A stretch of DNA of 64,000 nucleotides, taken from the NCBI GenBank assembly GCA_965219415.1, contig OZ244742.1:64001-128000 (forward strand), written 5' to 3'. The translations under genes and the position numbers were made by a program. Source of the stretch: Candidatus Marinacidobacterales bacterium. GTDB taxonomy: Bacteria > Acidobacteriota > Vicinamibacteria > Marinacidobacterales > DATDRI01. This document shows, one piece after another, positions 42,188 through 50,976 of the stretch. The notes beneath the pieces are model-generated. The model was not told the DNA's origin. It saw only the letters and a program-made list of their open reading frames with translations, and searched no databases. Positions within the stretch are counted from its first letter, which is position 1. Each line of letters starts with the position of its first letter.

Positions 42188-44818
42188 ATGGCCGAGAAGA
42201 GCACCGTCACGCCCGCGATGCGGCAATTTCACGAAGCCAAGCGACAAGTTGGCGACGCCATCGTGTTCTTCCGCATGGGTGACTTCTACGAGATGTTCTA
42301 TGACGATGCCCTGACCGCATCCCGCGCTCTGGAGCTCACACTGACATCTCGGCAAAAAGACGCCTCCGGTGGAGGCATCCCCATGTGCGGTATCCCCCAC
42401 CACGCAGCCGATACCTACATCGGTCGCCTGATCCGTCGGGGTTTCAAGGTCGCGGTGTGCGAACAGGTCGAGGATCCTCGCCAAGCAAAGGGCATCGTTC
42501 GTCGCGAGGTGGTGCGCATCGTCACTCCCTCGACCTACCTCCACCAGGGCTACTTGGATGACAAGGAAGCTAGCTACTTGATGGCGGTCGCCCCAGGTAA
42601 GGACGGAGTGGGCATGTCACTCGTCGATCTCTCGACCGGAGACTTCTTCACGTCTGAGCATTCCGGTGAAGGACGTTGGCAAAAACTCAAGGACACGCTC
42701 GCCACGTATCGCCCGCGCGAGATCGTTTTCCCCGAAGATTCTACCGTCAGCAGCGAAATCCTTAACGGTGTCGGCGGCGAGGAACGCCCGGTCGAGACGC
42801 CACGAGAACCCTGGCGATTCGAGTACGAGGCGGCACGTGAGTTACTCCTTCGCCAGTTCGGTACCGTTTCGCTCGATGGTTTCGGCTGCGAGGGGCGGCT
42901 GCTCGCCGTGGCGGCGGCGGGAGCGGCGCTGCAATATCTTCAAGAGACACAGCACGCCGGGCTGACCCATATATCGAGCCTGCGCTACCGCGAAGAGGGC
43001 GAACATCTCATCCTCGACCCGGTGACACTCAGGAATCTCGAGCTCACCAACTCCCTCTCCGAAGGCGGCCGACAAGGAACACTCCTTTCGATTCTCGACA
43101 AGTCCCAAAACCCGATGGGCGCACGGATGCTGAAGCAGTGGCTACTCCGCCCTTTGGTCGATATGGAGGCCATCGGCGGGCGGCTGGACGCCGTCGAGCA
43201 GCTGGCGTTCGACACCGTCACACGAACCAAACTCGCCGGTGCGCTCAAGCCATTGGTGGACATCGAGCGCGTCCTTTCGAGGATAACGCTGGGAAATGCT
43301 AGCCCGCGTGACTTCGTCGGGCTCGGCGAGTCCTTGGCCGTCATTCCCCGTTTGTCGACCCTAATATCAGAGCTGCGCGCACCGCTCTTGAAGACGGTGA
43401 CCGAGGACATGGATCCGCTCGAAGACGTTCGGTCTGACGTCGAGACCACGGTCGTCTCGGAGCCTCCCGCCACGATACGAGACGGCGGCGTCATCCGAAA
43501 GGGTGTCTCGGCAGAGCTCGACGAGCTCCAGCGTCTTCGCTCGGAAGGCAAACAAACCCTTGCGCACATCGAGGAGCGCGAGCGCAAGCGCACCGGCATA
43601 GGGTCCCTGAAGGTTCGCTTCAACAAGGTGTTCGGTTACTACATCGAGGTCACCAAGTCCAAACTCGATGCCGTCCCCGATGACTACATTCGCAAGCAGA
43701 CATTGGTCGGCGCCGAACGGTACATCACTCCCGAGCTAAAAGAGTATGAAGAGAAGATAACGACCGCCGAAGAACGCATCTCGGTCATGGAGGCCGAGCT
43801 CTTCGAAGCTCTTCGCGGTCGCGTGGCCGACCAAGCCGCTCGCATCCGACGGACCGCGCAGGCCATCGCAACCATCGATGTGCTCGGCGCCCTCGCCGAA
43901 GTCGCCGCGTCTTCCCAGTACACCAAGCCCCGATTCCACGATGGTTTCGATCTGCAAGTCAAGCAAGCGCGCCACCCCGTCATCGAAGCCACGCTCGGGG
44001 AGCCATTCGTGCCGAATGACATCGACCTTGATCAGGAAAACCACTTGATCGTACTCACCGGACCCAACATGGGCGGCAAGTCGACCTATCTTCGTGAGGC
44101 CGCATTGGCCGTGATCATGGCGCAGATGGGCTCGTTCGTTCCTGCCCTAGAGGCCAAGCTTCCGATCGTGGATCGCATCTTTACCCGAGTGGGGGCTTCG
44201 GACAATCTCTTTCGGGGCCGGTCGACCTTCATGGTGGAAATGCAGGAAACGGCACACATTCTTCATCACGCCACGACCCGCAGTCTGGTTCTGCTCGACG
44301 AGATCGGGCGGGGCACCGCGACCTTCGACGGCCTGTCGCTGGCCTGGGCGGTAGCGGAGTACATCGCGAGCGACAAGAAACTTCGCTGCAAGACGGTTTT
44401 TGCCACGCATTACCACGAACTCACCGATCTCGCGGCCGAGCTCCCGGGTGTTGTGAACTACCACGTCGCGGCGCGTGAGTGGAAAGAAGACATCGTGTTT
44501 CTCCGCAAGGTTGTGCGCGGTGGTTCCGATCGGAGTTACGGGATCCAGGTCGCCCGTCTAGCGGGTCTCCCCCCCTCCCTCATCAGCCGAGCTCAGGAGA
44601 TTCTCGCCAACCTTGAAAAAAGCGAGTTCGATCTAGAGGGGCGACCGCGTCTCTCCGTCGGCGCCGGTGCACCGTCCGACACCTCCGAGAGGCAGCTCGC
44701 CTTGTTCGCGGAAGTCGAGGACCGAGTCGCGTCCGAGCTCCGAAAACTGGATCTGGATAAGATGACACCCCTAGAAGCGCTTCAAACGCTGAGCGATTTG
44801 AAGAAGCGCCTCGACTAA
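42188..44818 (+). CDS. mutS: DNA mismatch repair protein MutS
   Basis: TPAMRQF, FFRMGDFYEMF, TGPNMGGKST, STFMVEM, DEIGRGT, SYGIQVA; the ORF track start at 41612 is too far upstream. Confidence 0.97.
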   Translation: MAEKSTVTPAMRQFHEAKRQVGDAIVFFRMGDFYEMFYDDALTASRALELTLTSRQKDASGGGIPMCGIPHHAADTYIGRLIRRGFKVAVCEQVEDPRQAKGIVRREVVRIVTPSTYLHQGYLDDKEASYLMAVAPGKDGVGMSLVDLSTGDFFTSEHSGEGRWQKLKDTLATYRPREIVFPEDSTVSSEILNGVGGEERPVETPREPWRFEYEAARELLLRQFGTVSLDGFGCEGRLLAVAAAGAALQYLQETQHAGLTHISSLRYREEGEHLILDPVTLRNLELTNSLSEGGRQGTLLSILDKSQNPMGARMLKQWLLRPLVDMEAIGGRLDAVEQLAFDTVTRTKLAGALKPLVDIERVLSRITLGNASPRDFVGLGESLAVIPRLSTLISELRAPLLKTVTEDMDPLEDVRSDVETTVVSEPPATIRDGGVIRKGVSAELDELQRLRSEGKQTLAHIEERERKRTGIGSLKVRFNKVFGYYIEVTKSKLDAVPDDYIRKQTLVGAERYITPELKEYEEKITTAEERISVMEAELFEALRGRVADQAARIRRTAQAIATIDVLGALAEVAASSQYTKPRFHDGFDLQVKQARHPVIEATLGEPFVPNDIDLDQENHLIVLTGPNMGGKSTYLREAALAVIMAQMGSFVPALEAKLPIVDRIFTRVGASDNLFRGRSTFMVEMQETAHILHHATTRSLVLLDEIGRGTATFDGLSLAWAVAEYIASDKKLRCKTVFATHYHELTDLAAELPGVVNYHVAAREWKEDIVFLRKVVRGGSDRSYGIQVARLAGLPPSLISRAQEILANLEKSEFDLEGRPRLSVGAGAPSDTSERQLALFAEVEDRVASELRKLDLDKMTPLEALQTLSDLKKRLD

Positions 44819-44907
44819 CACCCGGTACTTCTGCTACATTTCTCGCCCGGAGGCACAAGACCATTACAGCCGGCTACCCAAGGGCGGAGCCCTTCAATTT
44901 CCTAGGA

Positions 44908-45753
44908 GTGGAAGGCGAGGAGCACTCTTACCGTGAGGCGGCCATCGCGATCCTCCCCATCCCCTACGAGGCCACGACGTCCTACATGGCGGGGACTCGT
45001 GACGGCCCGCGAGAGATCATCAACGCCTCGCGCCATCTCGAAAGCTATGACGAGGAGATCGAGGGTGACGTCTCGAGGTTGGGAATACACACCCTGCCGG
45101 AGATCGAGACCTTGACCACGTCGCCTGCCGACATGGTGGAGCGCATCCAGCAAGCAGCAGTGAGCGTTCTGGACGACGGAAAATTCTTGGTGGCGCTCGG
45201 GGGCGAACACACCATCACTCCCCCTCTAGTAAGAGCGGTCGTGGATAAGAATCCGAAGCTCTCTGTTTTGCAGATCGATGCGCATGGTGACCTGAGAGAC
45301 ACCTACCAAGGAAGTAAGTACAGTCACGCTTGTGCCATGAGGCGGGTGCTGGAGATGGCCAACGGAGTCCAGGTGGGGCTCCGAAGCCTATCCGAAGAAG
45401 AAGTGGAGGTATTGCCTTCGCTTCCGACCAAGGCTTTTTTTGCACACCACATTCAGCGCGCGCCGCACTGGCAGGAGGAAGTCGTTGAGGCGTTGGGCGA
45501 TCCGGTCTACGTCACCATCGATCTCGACGGGCTCGACCCCTCGATCATGCCCGCGGTAGGAACACCCGAACCCGGCGGCCTGGGCTGGTACGAGACTTGC
45601 CACTTGCTGAAACGAGTGGCCGAAAACCGCACCGTCGTCGGTTTCGATGTGAACGAGCTGGCCCCCCTGCCTGGGCAGGGCGCCCCCAACTTTCTGGCCG
45701 CGAAGCTGGTCTATAAGTTCTTGGGTTATATCTTCAAAGGCAAGTTGAAGTGA
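44908..45753 (+). CDS. speB: agmatinase
   Basis: GGEH, DAHGDLR, SHAC, DLDGLDP, GTPEPGG; start uncertain. Confidence 0.9.
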   Translation: MEGEEHSYREAAIAILPIPYEATTSYMAGTRDGPREIINASRHLESYDEEIEGDVSRLGIHTLPEIETLTTSPADMVERIQQAAVSVLDDGKFLVALGGEHTITPPLVRAVVDKNPKLSVLQIDAHGDLRDTYQGSKYSHACAMRRVLEMANGVQVGLRSLSEEEVEVLPSLPTKAFFAHHIQRAPHWQEEVVEALGDPVYVTIDLDGLDPSIMPAVGTPEPGGLGWYETCHLLKRVAENRTVVGFDVNELAPLPGQGAPNFLAAKLVYKFLGYIFKGKLK

Positions 45754-45763
45754 CGCCTCTAGC

Positions 45764-47509
45764 CTAGCGAATCGTCACGTCGAAGGGCATGAGTGCCAGT
45801 CGGGGTGTCTCCGTCAGGAGGCGCAGCACGGGTGACTCAGCGAGCAACCGCTCAGAAATGAAGTGTCGGACGCCCGTCACCTCGGGAGCTCCGTAAACCA
45901 TCTTGTTGAACAACATGTCGAAGAAGGTTCCCCTCTCGGGATAGATTTCCAAACGTATTTCCGCATCTTCGGCGATGTCCGCTTTTTCCCGGGCCAGAGC
46001 CACGGCGCGATCCAAGCCACCCAACTCGTCCACCAGACCGATCTCCCACGCTTGAGCTCCGGTCCACACTCTTCCCTGCGCGATGGCGTCCACTTCTTCG
46101 GGTGTCATGTTTCGTGAAGTCGCCACTCGTTCGAGGAAACGTTGGTAGCCCGACTGGAGAATGTTCCGAAGCCGTTGACGTTCATCGGCACTAAAAGATC
46201 GAGAGCTGCTCCAAAAATCGGCGCTGGCGCCTCGCATGACGCGATCGTGGCTGAAACCAATTTTCTCGTAGAGTCCGTCCAAATTGAATTTTCCCGCGTA
46301 GATCCCGATCGACCCAGTGAGGGTCGATGGCTCGGCGACGATCGCATTCGATGCGGTGGCGATCCAATACCCGCCCGAGGCGGCCACGTCCGACATGGAC
46401 ACCACCACCGGCTTTTTCTCCATGGTGAGTGCTGCCTCGCGCCAGATCACATCGGACGCGACGTCCGAGCCACCGGGGCTTTGAATTCGGAAGACCACCG
46501 CTTCGATCGAGTCGTCCTCGCGAACCTGCTTGAAAGTAGAGGCCAGCGTGTCCGCCCCCATGATGCGACCGTCCAAAGGATCATTGTCGTTTTGACCGCT
46601 GACGATTATCCCCACGCCGTAGATCAGCGCAATTCTCGGGCGACCGTCGATCCCCAAACCATCATTGCTGTTCGCTTGATAGTCGGCGACCGTCAATGGT
46701 TCGAAATCCTCGCCGTCTTCTGCGAGGCGTGCCTCGACTTCATCCTTATGCAGAAGCTCGTCAACCAACCCAAGCTCTAGTGCTTCTGCCGCGCGGAACG
46801 GTCCCCGATCGAAAAGGGCGTACACTTCGGCGTTCGTCATGTTGCGCGAGACCGCAATGGAGCCCACCAACCGGTCGTAGAGATCTTCGACGATCGATGT
46901 GAGCACCTCCCGGTGGGGCTCGCTGAGGGATTCCCTTGTGTAAACGTCGGGTGCATTCTTGTATGCGCCGATCTGTTCGAACTCCGCCTCGACTCCCAGC
47001 TTGCCGAGCGTGGACTTCATGAAGGTGACCTCGGCGTTGAGCCCGCGAAGATCCAAAATGCTTTGAGGATGGATAAAGACCTCTTCGGCGGCGGAAGCTA
47101 CGTAATAGTCCAAAGTCCCGCCGTACTCGATGTAGGAAACTAGCTTCTTCCCCGAAGCGACGAAATCTTTGAGCGCGGATCGGAGCTCGCCCGCCTTTGC
47201 CCACCCGATGCCCGTTCCTCGGAAATGGAGCAGAAGGCTTTCGACTCGCGTGTCGCTCTCGGCTCGCCGGACGGAGTCTAAGACTTCCCTGAAGGTGACG
47301 GTGTCGACCTCAAAGAACGGCCCGCTGAGATCGAACAGTCGATCTTCCGGTAGCGGGCCCGTCATATCGAGGGTCAGGGTCGAGCCACTGACCACGTCGG
47401 GCGCCGCCAGGTTAAGCCCCTGAACCAGCATGTAGACGCTCGCTGCCGAGAGCATCACCAATGAGCCCACGATCAGGAAGAGCCAGAAAATCCAACGCTT
47501 AGATCGCAT
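45764..47509 (-). CDS. sppA: signal peptide peptidase SppA (long form)
   Basis: Two S49 domains; SPGG, SMSDVAASGGYWI, TGSIG, QGRVWTG, GLVDELG. Confidence 0.95.
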   Translation of the reverse strand: MRSKRWIFWLFLIVGSLVMLSAASVYMLVQGLNLAAPDVVSGSTLTLDMTGPLPEDRLFDLSGPFFEVDTVTFREVLDSVRRAESDTRVESLLLHFRGTGIGWAKAGELRSALKDFVASGKKLVSYIEYGGTLDYYVASAAEEVFIHPQSILDLRGLNAEVTFMKSTLGKLGVEAEFEQIGAYKNAPDVYTRESLSEPHREVLTSIVEDLYDRLVGSIAVSRNMTNAEVYALFDRGPFRAAEALELGLVDELLHKDEVEARLAEDGEDFEPLTVADYQANSNDGLGIDGRPRIALIYGVGIIVSGQNDNDPLDGRIMGADTLASTFKQVREDDSIEAVVFRIQSPGGSDVASDVIWREAALTMEKKPVVVSMSDVAASGGYWIATASNAIVAEPSTLTGSIGIYAGKFNLDGLYEKIGFSHDRVMRGASADFWSSSRSFSADERQRLRNILQSGYQRFLERVATSRNMTPEEVDAIAQGRVWTGAQAWEIGLVDELGGLDRAVALAREKADIAEDAEIRLEIYPERGTFFDMLFNKMVYGAPEVTGVRHFISERLLAESPVLRLLTETPRLALMPFDVTIR

Positions 47510-47549
47510 TCAATCCCTCTTTACGGACAATCCTATGCAGGAGAGCCTT

Positions 47550-48281
47550 TCAAGCTTTCAGGCGGAACTCCAGAAGCTCGTTTTTCTCTTGCGCCCGGGT
47601 GCGAAGCGGTGATGTCGGGTAGTCTTCGAGAAATTGCCTGTAGGCCTGTCGCGCTTCCTGCAGTTTGCCATCCGCTTCCAGTTGCTCTGCCATCCGGAAC
47701 AAGAGCTGGTCTTTTGGAAGTGGCCCTTTCGCGTCGTCCACGAGTGCGCGATACATCTCCGCCGCTGCCGCGTGATCGCCGCGATCCCCTTTCACCGTCG
47801 CCAGAGTCTGAGATGCGAGGTAGTAAAGTAGATCTCCCCGCTTGTCGACGACACGTCCCAGCAGTGATTCGGCCTCTTCGAGCTCGCCGAGCCCCGCCTT
47901 CGATAGTGCCATGTAGTAACGCGCCGCTCGTCCTTGCTTGATGCCGCTGTATTTCTGCTCGACCTCTTCGAGGGCTTCAAGCGCCGCAACATAGCGCTCC
48001 TCCTGGCTGTTGAAAGTCGGTCCCGCGGCCGGACCCGATATGATGCTGTCCTCGCGCACCACCGCGTGGTAGATCTCCAACGCGCCGCTGAGCGCGGTAT
48101 CTGCTGCCTGATCCCGCCCGTGCCGGTAGACGTAGATGCCTCCGACGATAGTGGCGGCGACCACGACCGCGATCCCCCCGGTCATCAGAGAGTGGCGGTT
48201 CTCAGCCGTCCAACCCATGAACCGCTCCAGCGTGTGGAGTAGGGCGTTCTGCTTCAAATGATGCCGTTCCGTGCGCTTCAT
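47550..48281 (-). CDS. membrane-anchored TPR protein (YfgM-like)
   Basis: R..LK.N N-terminus, single TM, TPR helices ending YPTS. Confidence 0.75.
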   Translation of the reverse strand: MKRTERHHLKQNALLHTLERFMGWTAENRHSLMTGGIAVVVAATIVGGIYVYRHGRDQAADTALSGALEIYHAVVREDSIISGPAAGPTFNSQEERYVAALEALEEVEQKYSGIKQGRAARYYMALSKAGLGELEEAESLLGRVVDKRGDLLYYLASQTLATVKGDRGDHAAAAEMYRALVDDAKGPLPKDQLLFRMAEQLEADGKLQEARQAYRQFLEDYPTSPLRTRAQEKNELLEFRLKA

Positions 48282-48731
48282 GCGTTTTTCTCCTTACCAA
48301 AAGGTTAAGAAGTAGTGTCCCCCGTGGCTGATTTTGTGTCAACACCTGCCAGCCTTGGGTTTGCAGTACCGTCACCACGCTCTCCAGACGTTGATCAAAT
48401 CTGATCACGGCGGGTTCCTGATTCAACGGGGCCCGTTTCCCTCGAAACGTTCCGACAGATTTCAATAGATCTCTATTTACCGTTAGTAACCCTAACCGGG
48501 CGAATAGGCAGTGTCATCCGGGGTGGACGCCCCGTCCTAGATCCCCGGTGAGGGACGGCTCCAGGTAGGGTATGATCGTGCGCGAAACGACAGCCTAAGT
48601 CACTCCATCAAAATCGATTACGGGTTGAGCTCCTCGCGACCCGCTGGTGCTGTTGGGTGGCCTTGAATTTGCACTTTGAGATACCATGAGGGGTGCTCCG
48701 TTGGGGCGTCCACAGTGGAGAGGTACATCTT

Positions 48732-49706
48732 ATGAACGTCACAAAGAGCGTTGAGGGGAACGTGAGACTGGCTGGCTTAGCCATTCTGCTTACCGTGGTG
48801 GTGGGATGCTCGAGTCGTTCGTCGACGCCCTCCGTACCGTCGTTGCCGACGCCACCGTCTCCGCCTTCAGTACCGTTTCTCCCCTCTCCCCCTTCGACGA
48901 CGCCACCTTCAAACCCGTCACCGAGTGAGCCTTCGACGTCCCCCTCCCGGGAAGAATCCAGCGAAGGAAAGGGAGCGGAATCTGAATCGACGCCTTCCAG
49001 TGAAGATGGTGCGAAAGGTGAAGAGAGCGGGGACGGCTCGGCCTCGGGGACCGAAACGAGTGCCGAAGCCGGAGAGCAGCCTGGTGGCGGTCAGTCCAAA
49101 AGGGGTGAGGCGACCGGGTCCACACCGAGCGCCGCCGGGGCGGGCAAACTCGGTCAGGCCGGCTCGATGGGAAAGACTTCCGCAGGAACACCCCGGGCGG
49201 ATGCTAAGTCCGGCGGTAGTTCGAAAGGCAGCGGAAGTGGACCCAAGACGACCGAAGAAAAACGCGCCGGCCTCGACAAAGACTTGGACTCCTCGCTTAG
49301 CGAGTTCGACAAACTGCTCTTGAGCGAACAAGAGCTCTTGGAGCAGCAGCGAGAAGAGGCCGCAGCAGCGAGCGCTGACAGTGGTGACGGCGGGGACGGA
49401 GGAGAATCTGGCGACGGCGGTGCCGATGCTGAACGACGCGCCACCCAGGTCGCAGGTGGCACCGGTGGATCTCCAGATGCGCCCGCGGGAGAGCCGGCCG
49501 ACTCATCTCCAGGCGCTCCCGTTGGAGGGGCCGAGGGTGACTCGGACAACGGTCGCGTCCCCCCCGACGTAGGCGACGGGAGCGGCGACGACATCGTGGC
49601 CCGGCAGTTGCGCGAAGCGGCCACACAAGAGGACGATCCGAAACTTCGTGAGAAACTATGGGAAGAGTACCGAGCCTATAAGCGAGGCACCAAGAAAGGG
49701 AGCTAA
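48732..49706 (+). CDS. low-complexity putative lipoprotein
   Basis: Lipobox-like VVGC; Pro/Ser/Gly-rich linker; helical segments LDSSLSEFDKLL and DDIVARQLREAA...LWEEYRAYK. Confidence 0.7.
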   Translation: MNVTKSVEGNVRLAGLAILLTVVVGCSSRSSTPSVPSLPTPPSPPSVPFLPSPPSTTPPSNPSPSEPSTSPSREESSEGKGAESESTPSSEDGAKGEESGDGSASGTETSAEAGEQPGGGQSKRGEATGSTPSAAGAGKLGQAGSMGKTSAGTPRADAKSGGSSKGSGSGPKTTEEKRAGLDKDLDSSLSEFDKLLLSEQELLEQQREEAAAASADSGDGGDGGESGDGGADAERRATQVAGGTGGSPDAPAGEPADSSPGAPVGGAEGDSDNGRVPPDVGDGSGDDIVARQLREAATQEDDPKLREKLWEEYRAYKRGTKKGS

Positions 49707-49709
49707 AGG

Positions 49710-50957
49710 ATGCCGAGCCAACGTTTCCTACCCCGCATGCTGATGGCGCCTGCTTTTATTGTCGTTCTTGCCGCACTGGGGTTCCTGACCGCCTCGCCCG
49801 CGCAGGCTGGAAAGAAAGATCCGGTTGTGCTCATCCAAGCGCGAACCGAGATTCCCGAGGAAGAGCTTCTCGATGTCGGCATCCGGGTGTTCGATCCCGG
49901 TCTGCCGGAAGACGATGAGGCCCTCTTTGCCCTGGAAGAAAAAGGTGTCTTTCCGGAGATTCGGGAATCCGAAGCACGATACATCCCCTTCCAGCTGATG
50001 CAAACCCTCCAGTCCACGGGTTACTGGGGCGCGGTTCGTGTGGTCCCGGCTACAAACGCCGTCGATGTCACGGTCTTCGGGACCATCCTGAAATCGAACG
50101 GGAAGAGATTAGAAATCGCGATCTCGGTCGTAGATTCACGTGGCAAGCAATGGCTCAACGAGGAATACAAACGCGAAGCTAGCGTGGGCGCCTACATAAA
50201 AAAAAGAGGGGTTGTCGAGCACCCGGATCCTTATCAGTCTCTGTACAACGAAATCGCCAACGACCTTCTCGAGAAGCGGCGAAAGCTCGATCAAGAAGAC
50301 ATCCAAGAAGTGCGCCTGCTGTCGCAGCTCAAGTTCGCGATGGACCTAGCGCCCACGCCGTTCGAGGACTACCTGAAGATTGACAAGAAAGGGCGCTACT
50401 CGATCCGGAAGCTCCCAGCGGTCGACGATCCGATGATGGTGCGCGTCAACAACATTCGCGAACGGGATTTCATGTTCATCGACACGCTCAACGAGTTCTA
50501 CGCCAACTTCTACGCGACGATGGGCGAGGACTACGACGGTTGGCGGGCCGAAAGCTACAAAGACCAGGATGCGTTGGACAAGGCGAGAAAAGAGGCGTGG
50601 ATTAAGACGCTCGCCGGTGTCGCAGGGATTGTCGGAGGCGTAGTATCCAAAGACCCAGCGATTCGGGACGTCGGTCTGATCGGTGGGTCGGTTCTGATCA
50701 AGTCCGGAATGGACAGTTTCGGCGAAGCCAAGATGTACAGTGAGGATCTCAAACAGCTCGCCGCATCTCTGGACGCTGGGATGGCACCGCTCCTCATCGA
50801 TATGGAAGGCGAGGTCACACGACTCACCGGCTCCGTCGAAACTAAATACACGACCTGGCGTAATCTGCTTCGTAAAATCTTTGCTACCGAAACCGGACTC
50901 CCCATAGATCCCAACTCCGAGATACCGCTTGCCGAGCCGGGGCCATCCAATCCCTGA
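49710..50957 (+). CDS. exported hypothetical protein
   Basis: Signal peptide ending AQA; 415-aa ORF tightly packed in the operon; Gly-rich hydrophobic pair near the C-terminus. Confidence 0.8.
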   Translation: MPSQRFLPRMLMAPAFIVVLAALGFLTASPAQAGKKDPVVLIQARTEIPEEELLDVGIRVFDPGLPEDDEALFALEEKGVFPEIRESEARYIPFQLMQTLQSTGYWGAVRVVPATNAVDVTVFGTILKSNGKRLEIAISVVDSRGKQWLNEEYKREASVGAYIKKRGVVEHPDPYQSLYNEIANDLLEKRRKLDQEDIQEVRLLSQLKFAMDLAPTPFEDYLKIDKKGRYSIRKLPAVDDPMMVRVNNIRERDFMFIDTLNEFYANFYATMGEDYDGWRAESYKDQDALDKARKEAWIKTLAGVAGIVGGVVSKDPAIRDVGLIGGSVLIKSGMDSFGEAKMYSEDLKQLAASLDAGMAPLLIDMEGEVTRLTGSVETKYTTWRNLLRKIFATETGLPIDPNSEIPLAEPGPSNP

Positions 50958-50976
50958 GGCCCGCGACCGGAGCTCC

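Noticed and set aside
48310-48470. Possible 6S RNA or c-di-GMP riboswitch
   Set aside because: Only fragmentary resemblance (GCAAACC...GACACAAAA on the minus strand); consensus pairing could not be built
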